Part shown: in pieces, positions 1 to 12,500 of the stretch
Position numbering within the stretch: the stretch's first letter is position 1
Layout: every line of letters begins with the position of its first letter
Assembly (NCBI RefSeq): GCF_038025025.1
Contig: NW_027117350.1
Span: 744,001-808,000 of the forward strand
Origin: Phyllosticta citribraziliensis
Taxonomy: Eukaryota
DNA: 64,000 nucleotides
Direction: 5' to 3'
Position numbers and translations under genes: made by a program
Notes under the pieces: generated by a model
The model's input: only the letters and a program-made list of their open reading frames with translations
Told to the model about the DNA's origin: nothing
The model's database searches: none

Positions 1-1903
1 GCACAAAGGGATGCAAAGAGGAAAATTCGGGCCACGAAATGGGAGTCATCTCGGTCGTGGAGTTCAGCTTCATGGTGCACGAGCCGAGGGGTATCATGGA
101 ATGAACAAGAGAAAGGTCCTTGGACTGGAGGTGGTGCATGTAGCGGAGCAGCTCCGTCTCAGAGTGGTGCGTGTTGAAAACAGGGTGGGTGAGGTAGGAT
201 GACGACCTCTTGAAGACTTCAGGAATCGACTGTTTGGTCACCTTTTCGGCAAGCGCTTCGACATTGGGGATGTCGTTGATTCCAGCAAAAGACCGGAAGA
301 CGTCCAAAACGTCTTCAACGTCCTCCTTCGAGACGGTCTCGTCAACGGTGATGCCGACGAAGCTGTCGTCAATCTTTCTCAAGTTGATCTGCTTCTTGTC
401 GAGCGCTTGAGCGAGGATGTTGTCCGAGTTGGCTTCGGTGTCGACGACGACAGTGTCGAACAGGACATCCCCCTTCTTCTGCCGTGTTTCGAAACCAAGC
501 TGCGCCAGGCCCTCTCGCACAACACCAGCCGTCACCATGACCTTGTCCGCAATGGCCCTCAAGCCTTCGGGGCCGTGGTACACAGCAAACATGGCGCTCA
601 TGTTGGCAAGCAGGGCCTGCGCCGTGCAAATGTTGCTGGTCGCCTTTTCTCTCCGAATGTGCTGCTCTCTAGTTTGGAGCGCCAACCGCACTGCCGGGTT
701 GCCCAGCCTGTCCTTGGACAAACCAACCAGACGACCCGGGATCTTGCGCTTGTGCTTGTCGCTGCACGCGAAAAAGGCCGCGTGAGGACCGCCGTAGCCA
801 AACGGCACACCAAAACGCTGCGCGTTTCCAAACGCAACGTCGGCTCCAAACTCTCCAGGGGGCTTGAGCACCGTCAGAGCAAGCAGGTCCGTTGCGACGC
901 TGACAGTGCCGCCAAGCTTGTGGACCGTGTCTGACAGGCCCTTGTAGTCCTCGATTACGCCCTCGGTGGTTGGGTACTGGACCAAGACACCAATGAGATC
1001 CTGTCCAATTTCTTGAACGCGCTTGCTGCCGTCTTGGAGCACATCGCCAACCTCGATTGTGATACCGAATCCTTCGGCGCGGGAGCGCAAGACGGCGAGG
1101 GTTTGCGGGTGGCAGTGCTCGTCGACAAAGTATACCTTGTTTGGTCTCTTCTGGCGGCTAATTGGGAGCGCGTTTACGCTTAGGGTCATGGCTTCGGCAG
1201 CCGCCGTGGGCTCGTCCAGCAAGGACGCGTTCGATACGGGCAGCGCCGTGAGGTCGGAGACCATGGTCTGGAAGTTCAAGAGCGACTCAAGCCTGCCCTG
1301 GCTGATTTCCGGTTGGTAGGGCGTGTAGCTCGTGTACCAGGCTGGGTTTTCGAGAATGTTTCTCTTGATGACCTCGGGTACTCGTGTGCCAGCATATCCG
1401 CAACCAATGTAGCTTCTGTAAACGCTGTTTTGGCCCGCAATCTCCCTCAAGCGCGCGAGGAGCCCGCTTTCAGTGTATCCTTCGTCGCTGAGCTTCGTCT
1501 TGTCCCCATTCTTGGCGATAGGTCCTGCAATGGAGAGGTTCCGATCAGAAAGGACGTCCGCAGGCACGACCTGCTTCACAAAGTCGTCGAGCGTGTTTGC
1601 CGGTGGGTCGAGGGCCTTGAGCATCTGCTCCGTCTCGCTGCTCGAAGGTCCAATGTGGCGACGCGCAAAGGTGTCGAGCGGCGCAAAGGCAGAGCCGCGC
1701 TTGACACTGCTGCCGTTCGAGTCGGCCACGGTGCTCGAGTGATATGTCCGGTTGGCGTAGGTTCTTGTTCCCTGGAGCGACACCAGAGATTGTCCGCCTC
1801 GAGAGCTCCAGACGCGCGTGCTTCGCGGCACCCGGACAGCTGCATCTTGCACTAGCTTGAGCCGAGATGCGCGGAAACCTATTTTGGCGCATTGAGACTG
1901 CAT
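1..1903 (-). CDS. GCV2: Glycine dehydrogenase (decarboxylating), glycine cleavage P protein; 5' part, runs off the window start
   Basis: Missing from the ORF track. Manual translation from ATG 1903 gives MQSQCAKIGFRASRLKLV... (transit-peptide-like), then FAPLDTFARRHIGPS, and near position 1 LQSKDLSLVHSMIPLGSCTMKLNSTTEM. These are GcvP hallmarks. Confidence 0.95.
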   Translation of the reverse strand, partial: MQSQCAKIGFRASRLKLVQDAAVRVPRSTRVWSSRGGQSLVSLQGTRTYANRTYHSSTVADSNGSSVKRGSAFAPLDTFARRHIGPSSSETEQMLKALDPPANTLDDFVKQVVPADVLSDRNLSIAGPIAKNGDKTKLSDEGYTESGLLARLREIAGQNSVYRSYIGCGYAGTRVPEVIKRNILENPAWYTSYTPYQPEISQGRLESLLNFQTMVSDLTALPVSNASLLDEPTAAAEAMTLSVNALPISRQKRPNKVYFVDEHCHPQTLAVLRSRAEGFGITIEVGDVLQDGSKRVQEIGQDLIGVLVQYPTTEGVIEDYKGLSDTVHKLGGTVSVATDLLALTVLKPPGEFGADVAFGNAQRFGVPFGYGGPHAAFFACSDKHKRKIPGRLVGLSKDRLGNPAVRLALQTREQHIRREKATSNICTAQALLANMSAMFAVYHGPEGLRAIADKVMVTAGVVREGLAQLGFETRQKKGDVLFDTVVVDTEANSDNILAQALDKKQINLRKIDDSFVGITVDETVSKEDVEDVLDVFRSFAGINDIPNVEALAEKVTKQSIPEVFKRSSSYLTHPVFNTHHSETELLRYMHHLQSKDLSLVHSMIPLGSCTMKLNSTTEMTPISWPEFSSLHPFV

Positions 1904-3107
1904 TTTGGCAAATGTCGCACCGAGAAAAGACGTGAAGCCCTATCGGGCAGGCAGAAACAGCAGATCGGTTCGAAAGCGCAGAAGAGAGGACGTGTCGGAG
2001 TCGTGTTTGGGATGTGTGTTCCGGAAGGTTGGTCGTGACGTAGACGCGCGCCTAGGTCTTACAGCACGATCCCGGAGAAGGGAGAAGGTTGAGAGGGCGC
2101 GGGAGGTGGTTGAAGTGGTTGAAGGAGAGTCGGCGATGTTGTGACAGGACAAGACCAAGCTGGCCCTTTTTTTTCTTGCGGCGACAAGGGCGTCAACCTG
2201 CACTTGTCATGAGCAGGCAAGGCGCGATGCAGTGGTTATCAACGGCTCTCGGACCCTAGGCCGACGGATGGGCGAAGTCGGCCGCGCGCAGAACCAAGAC
2301 TCTCACACATGCAAATGGACAATACTAGCAAGGGTCTATCGCCATCCGGCCGTCGGCCTTGGCTCACCATCATTGGCGCGTCGTCAGTACTTTCCCTCTG
2401 ACAGTCATTACTTTTGGAATGCTATCACGGCCGGCTATACCAGACGGTCCGTGTGTTGTCCTAGTGGCAGGGTGCCTCGCCGGGGAGATACGAACATCTT
2501 GCCATATCCGCATACAAAACCCGCCGACGACGCCGAACACCTTGATCGCCGCCCCGTCTTATTCGATGCTTTCACGTTGGCAATTCAGTTGCTGGCCGCA
2601 CGAACAAATCACAATTTGTCCACTCTTCTTTAGTCAAAACCTTCATCGTCATTTATAGCTCCATCTGCACTCGTAACCCGTGGAAAACCACCTCCGTGTC
2701 TTGTGCGCCTCGATTCAAGATCCGAAAACAATCAATCCTCCCTGCCATGCGCCGTGCCATATTATGCTGTACCCCACAAACTCGAAAACTCCACCTGTGC
2801 ATTTTCAATGCTCCCGCTCGCAACCTGCTCGCTGCAACCACATGCACTCAAACTTGTAATCAATGCCGAGCTTTTTGAAAAACACAGCTTTTGTGCCATG
2901 ACCCAAAATATAACCGCTCCGTTGTGTGAAGGGCACCCAAGAGCAGTATCGAGAAACTTGCTACTTCCCACAGTCTGTGCTTCTTCATAAACAATACTGC
3001 TGTCAGACCGGAATGTGCGACGCGAAACTTTGCCTGAGTGTTCGTGTGTAGTCATGTCGCCCGACGCGATGAGCTAACAAGCGGTTTTTTCAGTCGGTGC
3101 CGTTGAC

Positions 3108-4987
3108 CTACTCAGCCGGAGCAGTCACAATGCCGTACTGCCCGCCGGCGCCGGCCCAGTTCAGCTTCTTGTCGCGAACGGCAGTGTTGTCGATCATGGT
3201 CGCGACCTCGACATCGTCGTCTGTTCCAAGGCCAGTTTGATAGTTGGCCGAGAAGCCCCAGGCGTAGGCCTTGCCCTCCTTGGTGATGGCAATGTTGTGG
3301 TCGGCACCACAGCTAACGTGGGATGCCGGCTTGACGTTGGGAAGAGCGGTGGGAACCTTGAGGATACGGGGGCGGCCGTGCTCGTCCTTGACGACCTGGT
3401 CCTCAGGCAAAGCCTTGAGAGTGTCCATTGCAATGCCCATCTGATTGCCGTCCAGGCGACCCCAGACAAGACAGTCGCCATCCTCAGTCACGGCAGCAGA
3501 ATGGTGACCACCGCCGTCAATCATTGCAATGTCCTTGCCGGACAGGCTGTCGACCTTGGTCGGCTTGAGAATGACGGCGTCATCCTCTCCGGCGTTGTCG
3601 GGAATGCCGGTCTCGCCAAAGTTGTTCAGGCCCCATGCCCAAACGTTGCCGCTGTTGTCAAGCGCAAAAGAGTGGTAGCTGCCACATGCCACCTGGGTGA
3701 TCCTCTTGCGCGGAAGACCAAACTCACGCGGAATAAGGCCTTCTTTTTTGGTGCGCTCGACAACGCGACGTCCCAGCTGGTTTTGCTGGCCACTGCCCCA
3801 TGCAAACACGTTTCCGGTGGAATCAAGGGCGAGGACGTGGTTCGCGCCGCAAGAGATGTGCTTGATCTTCTTCAAGCCGTCGATGAGCATGGGAGTTCGC
3901 TGCACGTAAATCGTCTTGGTGAACCCGAAAATGCCCTCGTTGCTTCTGAACGTTCCCCAGCCGTACACGAGCCCGTCGTCCGTGAGCGCAAAGGAAGCGC
4001 TGTCGGCGGCGGCGACCTGGACAAACTTGGTGCCCTCGGGAAATGCGTCGCTAGGAATGGCGGTGGGTGTGGCTTCGCGGGGATTCATGCCGCTGTCTGA
4101 GCCAGAATCGGAGCTGTCGTCGCTCTTGTTGTCTTCAATGTCGACAAGGCCACCCTCCCAGGCGGTGTCGCGACCCAACGAGCCTTGGTCGTTGACACCC
4201 CACGTCAAGATCTTGTTGTCGTGGGTGAGAGCCAGTACGTGCATGCCTCCAGTGGCGAGCTGGACAACGCCAACGCTGTCTGCCTGGAGGTGGGGGTTGA
4301 GTCGAGGGCGTTTGACATCGACGGCGTTCTTTGCAGTGCCCAAGCCAAGTTCACCAGAGCTTCCTTCGCCGAACACATAGACATGGAGCTTCTGGGTGGG
4401 CGCCTTGTTCTTGTCCTCTTCCTTGAGACGCGCAACCCTGATCTTCTTTGCGACAGGGACTTCAGCCACGGTCTCGACGGCCTTGCGTTTCCTGGAGGTG
4501 TTGGCCGGCGCGGGCTCGGGCTCGGGCGTGGTCATGTTGGTCTGCTGAGACTCAGCGTTTTGAGAGCTGGCGTCTGTTGCCGGATTCGTATTTACAGTCG
4601 AGAATGACTCCTTTGCGTTTTCGGCATCATTGTCGACAATGGGTTCTGTTGCTGTGTCAGTAAGAGCTTTGAGTGTCGTGACGAGAAAGAGGGCCACTGA
4701 CCTTCTTCAGCCTTGGCCGCAGGCTTTTCCTTGGGCTCGGCCTTCTTCGTGGTGCGTCTCTTCGCTGGGGCCTTTGCGGCAGGCTTCGCGACCTTGGTGG
4801 CGGGAGCCTTGGTAGTCGTCTTGGTAGTCGCCTTGGTGGTCGACTTGGTGGTGGGTTTGGTGGTGGTGGTCTTGGTGGCGGGAGCCTTCGCCTTGGTGCT
4901 CGACTTGGTCGACGTAGCCTTGGGGGCTGCCTTCTTGGCGGTCGAAGCCGAAGCCGAAGCCGTAGCCGCAGCTCTCTTGGGAGGCAT
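3108..4987 (-). CDS. RCC1-family Ran guanine nucleotide exchange factor (Pim1/Srm1 homolog), 2 exons
   Basis: RCC1 repeats (VFGEGSSGELGLG, TWGVNDQGSLGR, AWGSGQQNQLGR, AWGLNNFGETG). Exon 1 (4987-4702, K/A/T-rich) is joined in frame by GT-AG intron 4701-4652. Confidence 0.93.
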
Positions 4988-5555
4988 GTTGGATTTGATT
5001 TGGAGAAAAGGGTGAGGGCCCGGAGAGGAAAGAGTGTAAGGTGAAGATGAGCTCGCCGAAGCGCGTCGCTGGGATGGATGGAGGTGGAGTAGCCGCTAGC
5101 GCGAGCGCGAGCGCGGAAGGCTGCCGTTAGATGGTAGCAAGGTCGTTCCCTCGAGCTGAGAGGCGCGTTTCGACGCGATGTCGCGAAACGGCGATGGAGT
5201 TCTGGGGTTCAACGGTCGATGCGTGGTGGAGAGGAGGTGGATGTGTTGAGAGTAGAGTCGCTGATGAAGTCGGCGATGAGAGTTGGATGATGGGGAGCAG
5301 ATGCAGAGAGCAAGAGGGCAGACGAGCGAGCGGCTTTGTTGATTTCGCAAGGGTGATGAGATGTGCGCCCGAGCCCGAGCTCCCGAGTTCACACGCCTAG
5401 CTTCGCTTGCAGCCTAGCGCGCCTGCTCAGCCCGCCCAAAGTGAATTCCAAAGACATCTGATGATTCTTCGCCAACCATGGCCTCGTGTCAAAACTTGAA
5501 TGAGAAACGACTAAATGCTGAACCATGCCTTTTTACACAGGTCTAACGGTGCCTA

Positions 5556-8500
5556 TCACCGTGCGCTCCTGAGATATCCAACAACACCAACGCAGTATGC
5601 ACCAAGCCCACCTAGCCGCTGCCTCTCCTTTCCTACCTCTTCTCTCCATTCCTTGAGCGCCTCAACCACCTCTTCATTCGCCGTCGCCGACTCTCCGTGT
5701 AGCCTCAAAAAGACTGCCATCCATGCCTGCACCAGCTCATAATCACGCTTCTGCCTCAATCGCCCAGTGAGAGCCTGGACGAACGTCAGAAACTCGAACG
5801 ATGGCGGTGCTTCCAGCGATCGAATCGCCAGGTCTGCCGCGCTGGGCGGCAGCGAAGACAGATACGCCAGAAGCTCATCGGGTTTGCCCGTCTCTTCTGT
5901 CTCGGCCAGGTGCTTGCTGAACTCCGATTGATACGCGCCAGACTTTGAGATTCTAGAAAGAGGCCCCGCCTTCTCCGTCGTCTCATTCTGAGACGCCCCA
6001 GCTATGGCGTCCGCCGCCACCGAGCTGTTTGCTCCATTTTGAAGGCTGGGCAGGAAAAAGGGCGCTTTCTCTGGAGCCTTAGGGGCTTCCTTTGGCTTGT
6101 TGCGCTCGCGAATAAGGTCCAGGTGCAGCAGATTTTGCCAACGAGACTTGGGAACCAGACTCAGCGTCGTAATGGACTCACTAAGCTGGTCGACCGATGG
6201 TATGCCGGCATCTCCGTCCTCTTGCTCATCTTCTTGGCCGTCCGTGTCGTATGCGGCGGACACGAGGTTTTCGCCCCCCTCTCCAGACGCCGTCGGAGCA
6301 TCCACCTCGGCAATGTCCTTGTCGGATATGTGGCGCGTCGGGACGTGGGTGAACAGCGTCTTATTCGTCCAAATGTGCACTCCGACCGTGTCATCTTGCG
6401 CGACGGCCAGATACTCGCCAGTATAAGACATTGCCAGCGAGTGGCACGGGCTGCGAAGCTTCATCGCATCGATCATGTGTCCTGTAGGAATGTCCCACAC
6501 GCGGATCACAGAGTCGGCGGATGCAGCAATGATCCAACGGCCGTCGTTGGAGAAGGTAAAGTCCGTAATCTGGCCCTGGCAGCCGAACAGCTCTCTGACA
6601 AGCTTCTTGGTCTCAACGTCGATGATGCGAATAGAGGAATCTGAGCAGCTCAGGGCGACAAGATCGCTGGGTCGGTGGAAACGCAGATTGTTGATCGATA
6701 CCATCGGATACCAATCGATTTCATGCAAGAGGAGACCGCTGGAAAAGTCCCAGAACTGTATAGAGGTCAGTTCAAGAGTCATTTTGATATAGGTGCAAGA
6801 CTTGCCTTGACTTTGCCGTCGTCGCCGCAACTTATCAGAGTGCGGTTCAAGTTGTCGACAACCAGACCAGTGACGGCTTTTGTATGCTTGCCCTGGCCCC
6901 TTGCAAACTTTTTGGGTTTATCGTCCGTTTCCTGGCCTTCTTGCTCAAGCTGATGGAGCCTGAGACGTGCCGCTTGCTCCTTGGTCAGGCGCGCGGGAAA
7001 TCTTTGACGATGGATACCAGACTGAAGGTTGAAAGTATCAATGCCCCCACCCTCAGATCCGACAACGGCAAACGTTCCGCATGGTGAGACGGCCACGCCT
7101 CGAACCGTGGTGGAGTCTCCGGTGGCAAAAGCCCAACGTCCGGCCTTTTTCCTCCCCCAGAACCATGTCCTCGCCGTGTTGCTGCCTTCGTGAGCAGTGA
7201 CAACACTTTCCCATCCGGTGAGAGACGTGGCGTCGGTACCAGAGCCTTTGCCTTTGCCAGGATTGGTCCAGATGGTATTCACACCAGGTGCAGCACCCAT
7301 GCCGCCATCCCTGTTGAGTGAACACGCCATTTGTGTAATTTTTGGCGCCCTCAAATCTTCAATTGACAAGCTGCTGTCAATAGAAGCAAGGCCTTCGCTC
7401 AGGATGCCCATTTTCTTGGCCTTTTTGCGAATGTTGCCTTGACTGAGCTCAGAGCTCTGACCATCACGGCGCAAACTCCAACCCCAAAGAGTCCGATCTC
7501 TGCTTGCACTCAACAACCATTTGCCGCCGGCATCGGCACCGTCGGCATCAGAAGGGAGAAATTCCAGCGAAGAAACGGGCGCGGCATGGCCACTGCGGGA
7601 ATGCAGGATGCGGGGCACTGGCGAGAAGGGCGTTTGATCGAATATCCACGTTTTCAGGGAGTTGTCCAGTCCACTGGTGACAATCACGGCTTGCCCAGCT
7701 AGGAATTCAACCTTGCTGATACCACCAGAGACGCCCTCAGCCTCGGCAGATGGAGGAGCATGTGCGCCTCGCAGCACGCCCATCTTTCTGCCGCCGCCAT
7801 TGAGGTCCCAAAACGTAACGTCACCCGTGTCCTTGGAAGCTGTCGCCATGACACCGTCTGCACGCCCGTCATCTCCAGCGCCTAGGCCGTCGGTCCGGAA
7901 AGAAATTGAGGATACGGGAAATCTTTTAGAAGCTCCGGTGTTGACGCTCAAGATCTCCTTGTCCGCACGAATGTCATGAATGACGACGGGCCCGTTGCGG
8001 TATGCAATGGCAATCATTGACAGAGCAGGTGTAGGCTCTAGTGCTGTGACTGCACCATACTCTGCAGCGGCGGGCAGAAGAGTGTACAGCAGCTTGCCGG
8101 TATTGATGTTCCAGATCTCGACACTGCCGTCTTCTCTGCCAGCCAGAATCTTGTTCAGATAAGTCGGCATGGTGCAAATGCCGCCAGTCAGCCTACTTCC
8201 AACGCCGCCAACGCGGGGAGCGGTCAGGGTTGTGTAGTGTTCCAGCGTATCCGACTTCCACACTTCGATCCTGGTGGAGCCACAGCCTACGATCCAGGCG
8301 CCAAAAACCAGAATCTGTTTAATGTTCTGTTCGCAGCCCTTGGGCATCTCCAGCTCGTCTACTTTTTTGCCGCGCTTGAAGATCCAGACGCCTCTTGTGG
8401 CCTGCTTGCCCTTGGCTCCCCAGGCAGCGAGTATGCGATCTTTCCATGCCGTAGTTGCGGTGATGTTTTCTGGTGTCTGTGGACGAGTGATGAAGACGAG

Positions 8501-8810
8501 GTTCAGGCCACGGCGCAAATCGTAGGTTTGCAGACTACGTCCGACGGAGGTGGTGATCTGGAAAGTCGTCTTTCCCAGCGGGATGGAGGTAAACGGGACG
8601 TCGGTTGGCGAGATCAATCCCACAGTCTGTCCGGATCAGTGTCTAGCCAGGAAAGCTTGGGTCTGCAGTTGGACATACTCTGTAGGGCGCAAAGAGCCTC
8701 GACTTGCGGCTCCGCGCCTCGGCGTCTGGACGGGCGAGAGTGGCATTGAGCCTCTGGCGCTTGACGACCGGCCCCTCAGCGACCTGGGTGGCTGCGGTCG
8801 TGGCAGACAT
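5556..8810 (-). CDS. UTP21: U3 snoRNP-associated WD40 protein Utp21, 3 exons
   Basis: ATG 8810 MSATT...SRLFAPYR | TVGLISPTDVP. WD40 repeats, and a Utp21 C-terminal domain with PKSRWQNLLHLDLIRERNKPKEAPKAPEKAPFFLP and DYELVQAWMAVFLRLHG. Confidence 0.93.
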
Positions 8811-8880
8811 GGCGAGTGATGGGGTAGTCGACGCGGTCGAGGACTGAGTTGATGGACCGAGAGGGCTGGACGCGCCGGTG

Positions 8881-8906
8881 GAAAAAATCTGGATCTTATC
8901 TTATCT
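8881..8906 (-). promoter_or_regulatory. Double GATA element plus A-rich RRPE-like motif upstream of UTP21
   Basis: TCTTATCTTATCT at 8894-8906 (AGATAAGATAAGA on minus) next to GAAAAAATCT, ~70-95 nt upstream of the UTP21 ATG. Confidence 0.55.
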
Positions 8907-8927
8907 GTCCTGGCGCGGGATCTACAC

Positions 8928-8988
8928 CAGGGCAGGGCAGGGCAGGGCAGGGCAGGGCAGGGGCGGAGACGGAGACGGAGACGGAGAT
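8928..8988. repeat. Compound microsatellite (CAGGG)7 + (GGAGAC)~4
   Basis: Read directly in the UTP21/VIP1 divergent intergenic region. Confidence 0.95.
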
Positions 8989-9506
8989 GGGTCCAGTTCG
9001 GTGGAGATTGGATGATTGAACGTCACGCGGCGAGATGGCCCGTCCGACGTGAGACAGCGGAAGTTTGTATGATTAGGGTGCTGACAGGCTGAGGGGTTGA
9101 GACTCGGTGGAGGTTGGTCGTCTGAACAGAGGCGAGAGGCCATGGACCCAAGGCAACGGGCTCGGGGATGCGATGCACATGGGAGTCATGAGGTTGTCCG
9201 CCGCGCCGCACCCGCATATGTCGGCGCATGGCATGGCTCTGGAGATATGCAAATCACAGACGAACGGATATGAGGAATGCAGGCCGCACGCCAGGATAGA
9301 CCCCGCGAACGTCGAACAACTCTCACCCCAAGGACCAAAGTGGACGTCATGCGCGCCAAGGAACCAAGCTCCGCTGCGGCTGCCACTCGGTTCCGTCCGT
9401 GCTGCGGTGCATATGCAGCCATTGCACCCTCTGGAAAAAAAGCAACCCTCACACCTGCGACAGCCACTCTCATCCCATCTTTGCCGCCTCATCGGCCCTG
9501 CCTCTG

Positions 9507-12500
9507 ATGAATCCGCTGGCGCGCACCTCTAGTGCTGAGAGCACCAGACCCCGACATGCATCACACTCGCTCCCCGCCCAGGACCTAGACTCCATGCCTC
9601 CGCCTACGTCAAAGCCAATCACCCGTCAAAGCCTCGGCCGCAGACCCTCAAAAGCCTCAGACATCTGTTCGCCCTCAGGCCCCTCCGACGTCGAATCCTC
9701 CGATCCACAGGCCACCTCTGCCATCGAAGATGACGCTGCTCCTGCCGCCTCGCTCCCAGACAAAGAGTCGAACAGAATGTCCTTTTCTTCCTTGTACTCC
9801 CTGGGCTCTCAGATATACAACAGTGCTAGAAACTCTGGTGGACCGAGCTCGGTAGCAGGCTCAGAGCCAGACGGTATGTCGTCCACAAAGCCACGCTCTA
9901 CATGTGCTAATCCCTTGCCCAGCTAAGTACGATGGCCCGTCACTCGGGACGACGACTCAAACCTCGGCTCTGTCCGTCACCACCGCGTCAAACCACGGAA
10001 ACAACTTTTCGCAGTCACCGTTGCTGTCTCCCAAAGAATCATCCGGCGCTCCCGGATCTCCCACGATCCAAGGCCTGAATGGTCATGGCCACACTCCACT
10101 TCTGCAGCACCGCCGATCTCGAAGCAGGAACAACCATTCGACGAGACGGGCGAGCCATCACGGCTCGAGCGTAGGCGGTAGTGGTAGCCCGGCCAGCGAG
10201 AGGAGCGTCATGGGTAGCAAAGACGCAAGAGACACAGAGGCCAAGAAACCTCCCATCGGAATCATAGGAGTCTGTGCCCTGGACACCAAGGCTCGGAGCA
10301 AGCCCAGTAGGAACATTCTGAACCGTTTGATTGCAAATGGAGAATTCGAGGTCATCATTTTCGGAGACAAGGTTATTCTGGACGAAGAGGTTGAGAATTG
10401 GCCCATTTGTGATTTTCTCATCTCCTTCTTCTCCGACGGCTTCCCTCTGGATAAAGCCATAGCTTATGCAAAGCTGCGAAAGCCCTTCTGTGTCAACGAT
10501 TTACCCATGCAGACTGTGCTTTGGGACCGCCGCATTTGTCTCCGAATCCTGGACAAGCTGAATGTGCCAACTCCCAGACGAGTCGAGGTCAACCGAGACG
10601 GCGGTCCAAGCCTCCCCTCCGCAGAGCTGGCCCATCTGATGTACGAAAAGACCGGCGTGAGGCTCGAGGGCCCTGAAGACGGCACCGGCGGTGGTCTGCC
10701 GCCACCTCAAAAGGTCGAAATGTTTGAGGACAATGACGTCATTTGCGTCGACGGTCGAGAGCTTAAGAAACCATTTGTCGAGAAACCAGTCAGCGGAGAG
10801 GACCACAACATTCACATTTACTTTCCCAAGGCCAGCGGCGGTGGCGGTAGGAGACTTTTCAGAAAGGTCAACAACAAAAGCTCGGAAAAGGATGAGACCC
10901 TCAACGTGCCGAGATCAATCACCGATCAACACAGCAGTTATATCTACGAACAGTTTCTCCGGGTCGAAAATGCCGAGGATGTCAAGGCTTACACTGTCGG
11001 ACCAGACTTTTGTCACGCCGAGACCAGGAAGTCACCAGTTGTCGATGGCATCGTCAAGAGGAACCCGAACGGCAAAGAGATTAGATACGTCACCAGCCTC
11101 ACCAAGGAAGAGGCAGCCATTGCATCCAGAATCTCTGAAGGATTTGGACAGCGTGTCTGCGGCTTCGACTTGCTTCGGACGGGAGATAAGAGCTACGTCA
11201 TCGACGTGAATGGATGGAGCTTTGTCAAGGACAACAACGACTATTACGACAAGTCTTCAAGCATTCTCAAACAAATGTTTATTCGCGAAAAGCAGCGCCG
11301 TGAAGGAATGCAACCGCCGGCTCAACTGCCACCTTCTGAGACCTTGGAGCCTCAGGGATCTGAGAAGTCTTCGCAGCGCAAGAACACGTTGTCGGCACAC
11401 CGCGCCCAGCTCAAGTCAATTCTAAAGTCCCCTAGTGTCTCAAGAATTGCTCACCACGTACACCACAGGGAGCACAAGGAGCATGGGCATGGGCATGTTT
11501 CTGCCTCACCGGATCTTTCTTCGGCACCAACACCCACAGCCTCATCTCCAAGTGCTGAGAAGATTAGTGATTTCAGGACTGACTCTCCAGGCCTCGCAGC
11601 CCAAGAGATGCTTCCACCACCTGCCGTGGCTCCAGCAACTGCGACTGCGACTGCGACTGCGACTGCGAATGACGACAAGGACAAGACTGCTCCTGTTCCT
11701 GCGCCGGCGTCAAAAGCCCAGTGGAAGCTCAAAGGTTTGGTTTCGGTTATTCGCCACGCGGACAGGACTCCGAAGCAAAAGATCAAATACAGCTTTCACA
11801 CAAAGCCTTTTATCGAACTTTTGAAAGGTCACCAAGAGGAGGTTCTTCTGACGGGCGAGGCTGCTCTGCAAAGTGTACAAGATGCAGTCTCTCGAGCGTT
11901 TAAAGAGGGCGAGGAAGACCATGAGAAGCTTTCAAGCCTGAGAAACGCGCTGAACAAACGCATTGGTTGGCCTGGAACCAAGGTCCAGATAAAGCCCATG
12001 TTCCGCAAGCGCAAGAAGGAGGAGATGTCTCCTGAGCTTCTAGCTGAGATTCAAGCAGAGAGCGACAACGAAAAGATTAAGGAGGAAAACCCGCCACCAA
12101 CTGATCCCGAAAAACTCAAAGAATGGAGAGAAAAGAGAAGTGATTCCCTGTCCGGTGTCACCATGTCCAGAATCGCAGCCGCCGAAAACAATCTCGTCCT
12201 CGACAAGCTTCAGCTGATTATCAAATGGGGTGGAGAGCCTACTCATTCGGCCCGCTACCAGGCACATGATTTGGGAGAGAATATCAGAAACGACATGCTC
12301 TTGATGAACCGCGAAGCTTTGGACGACGTGCGAGTCTTCAGCAGCTCGGAGCGCCGCTCAACAACGAGTGCCCAGATATTTGCGACAACGTTTCTCAATC
12401 AAGAGCTCGCCCCCGACTTCATCACGGTGCGGAAGGATCTTCTTGATGATTCAAACGCAGCCAAGGATGAGATGGATAAGGTGAAGAAGAAACTCAAGAT

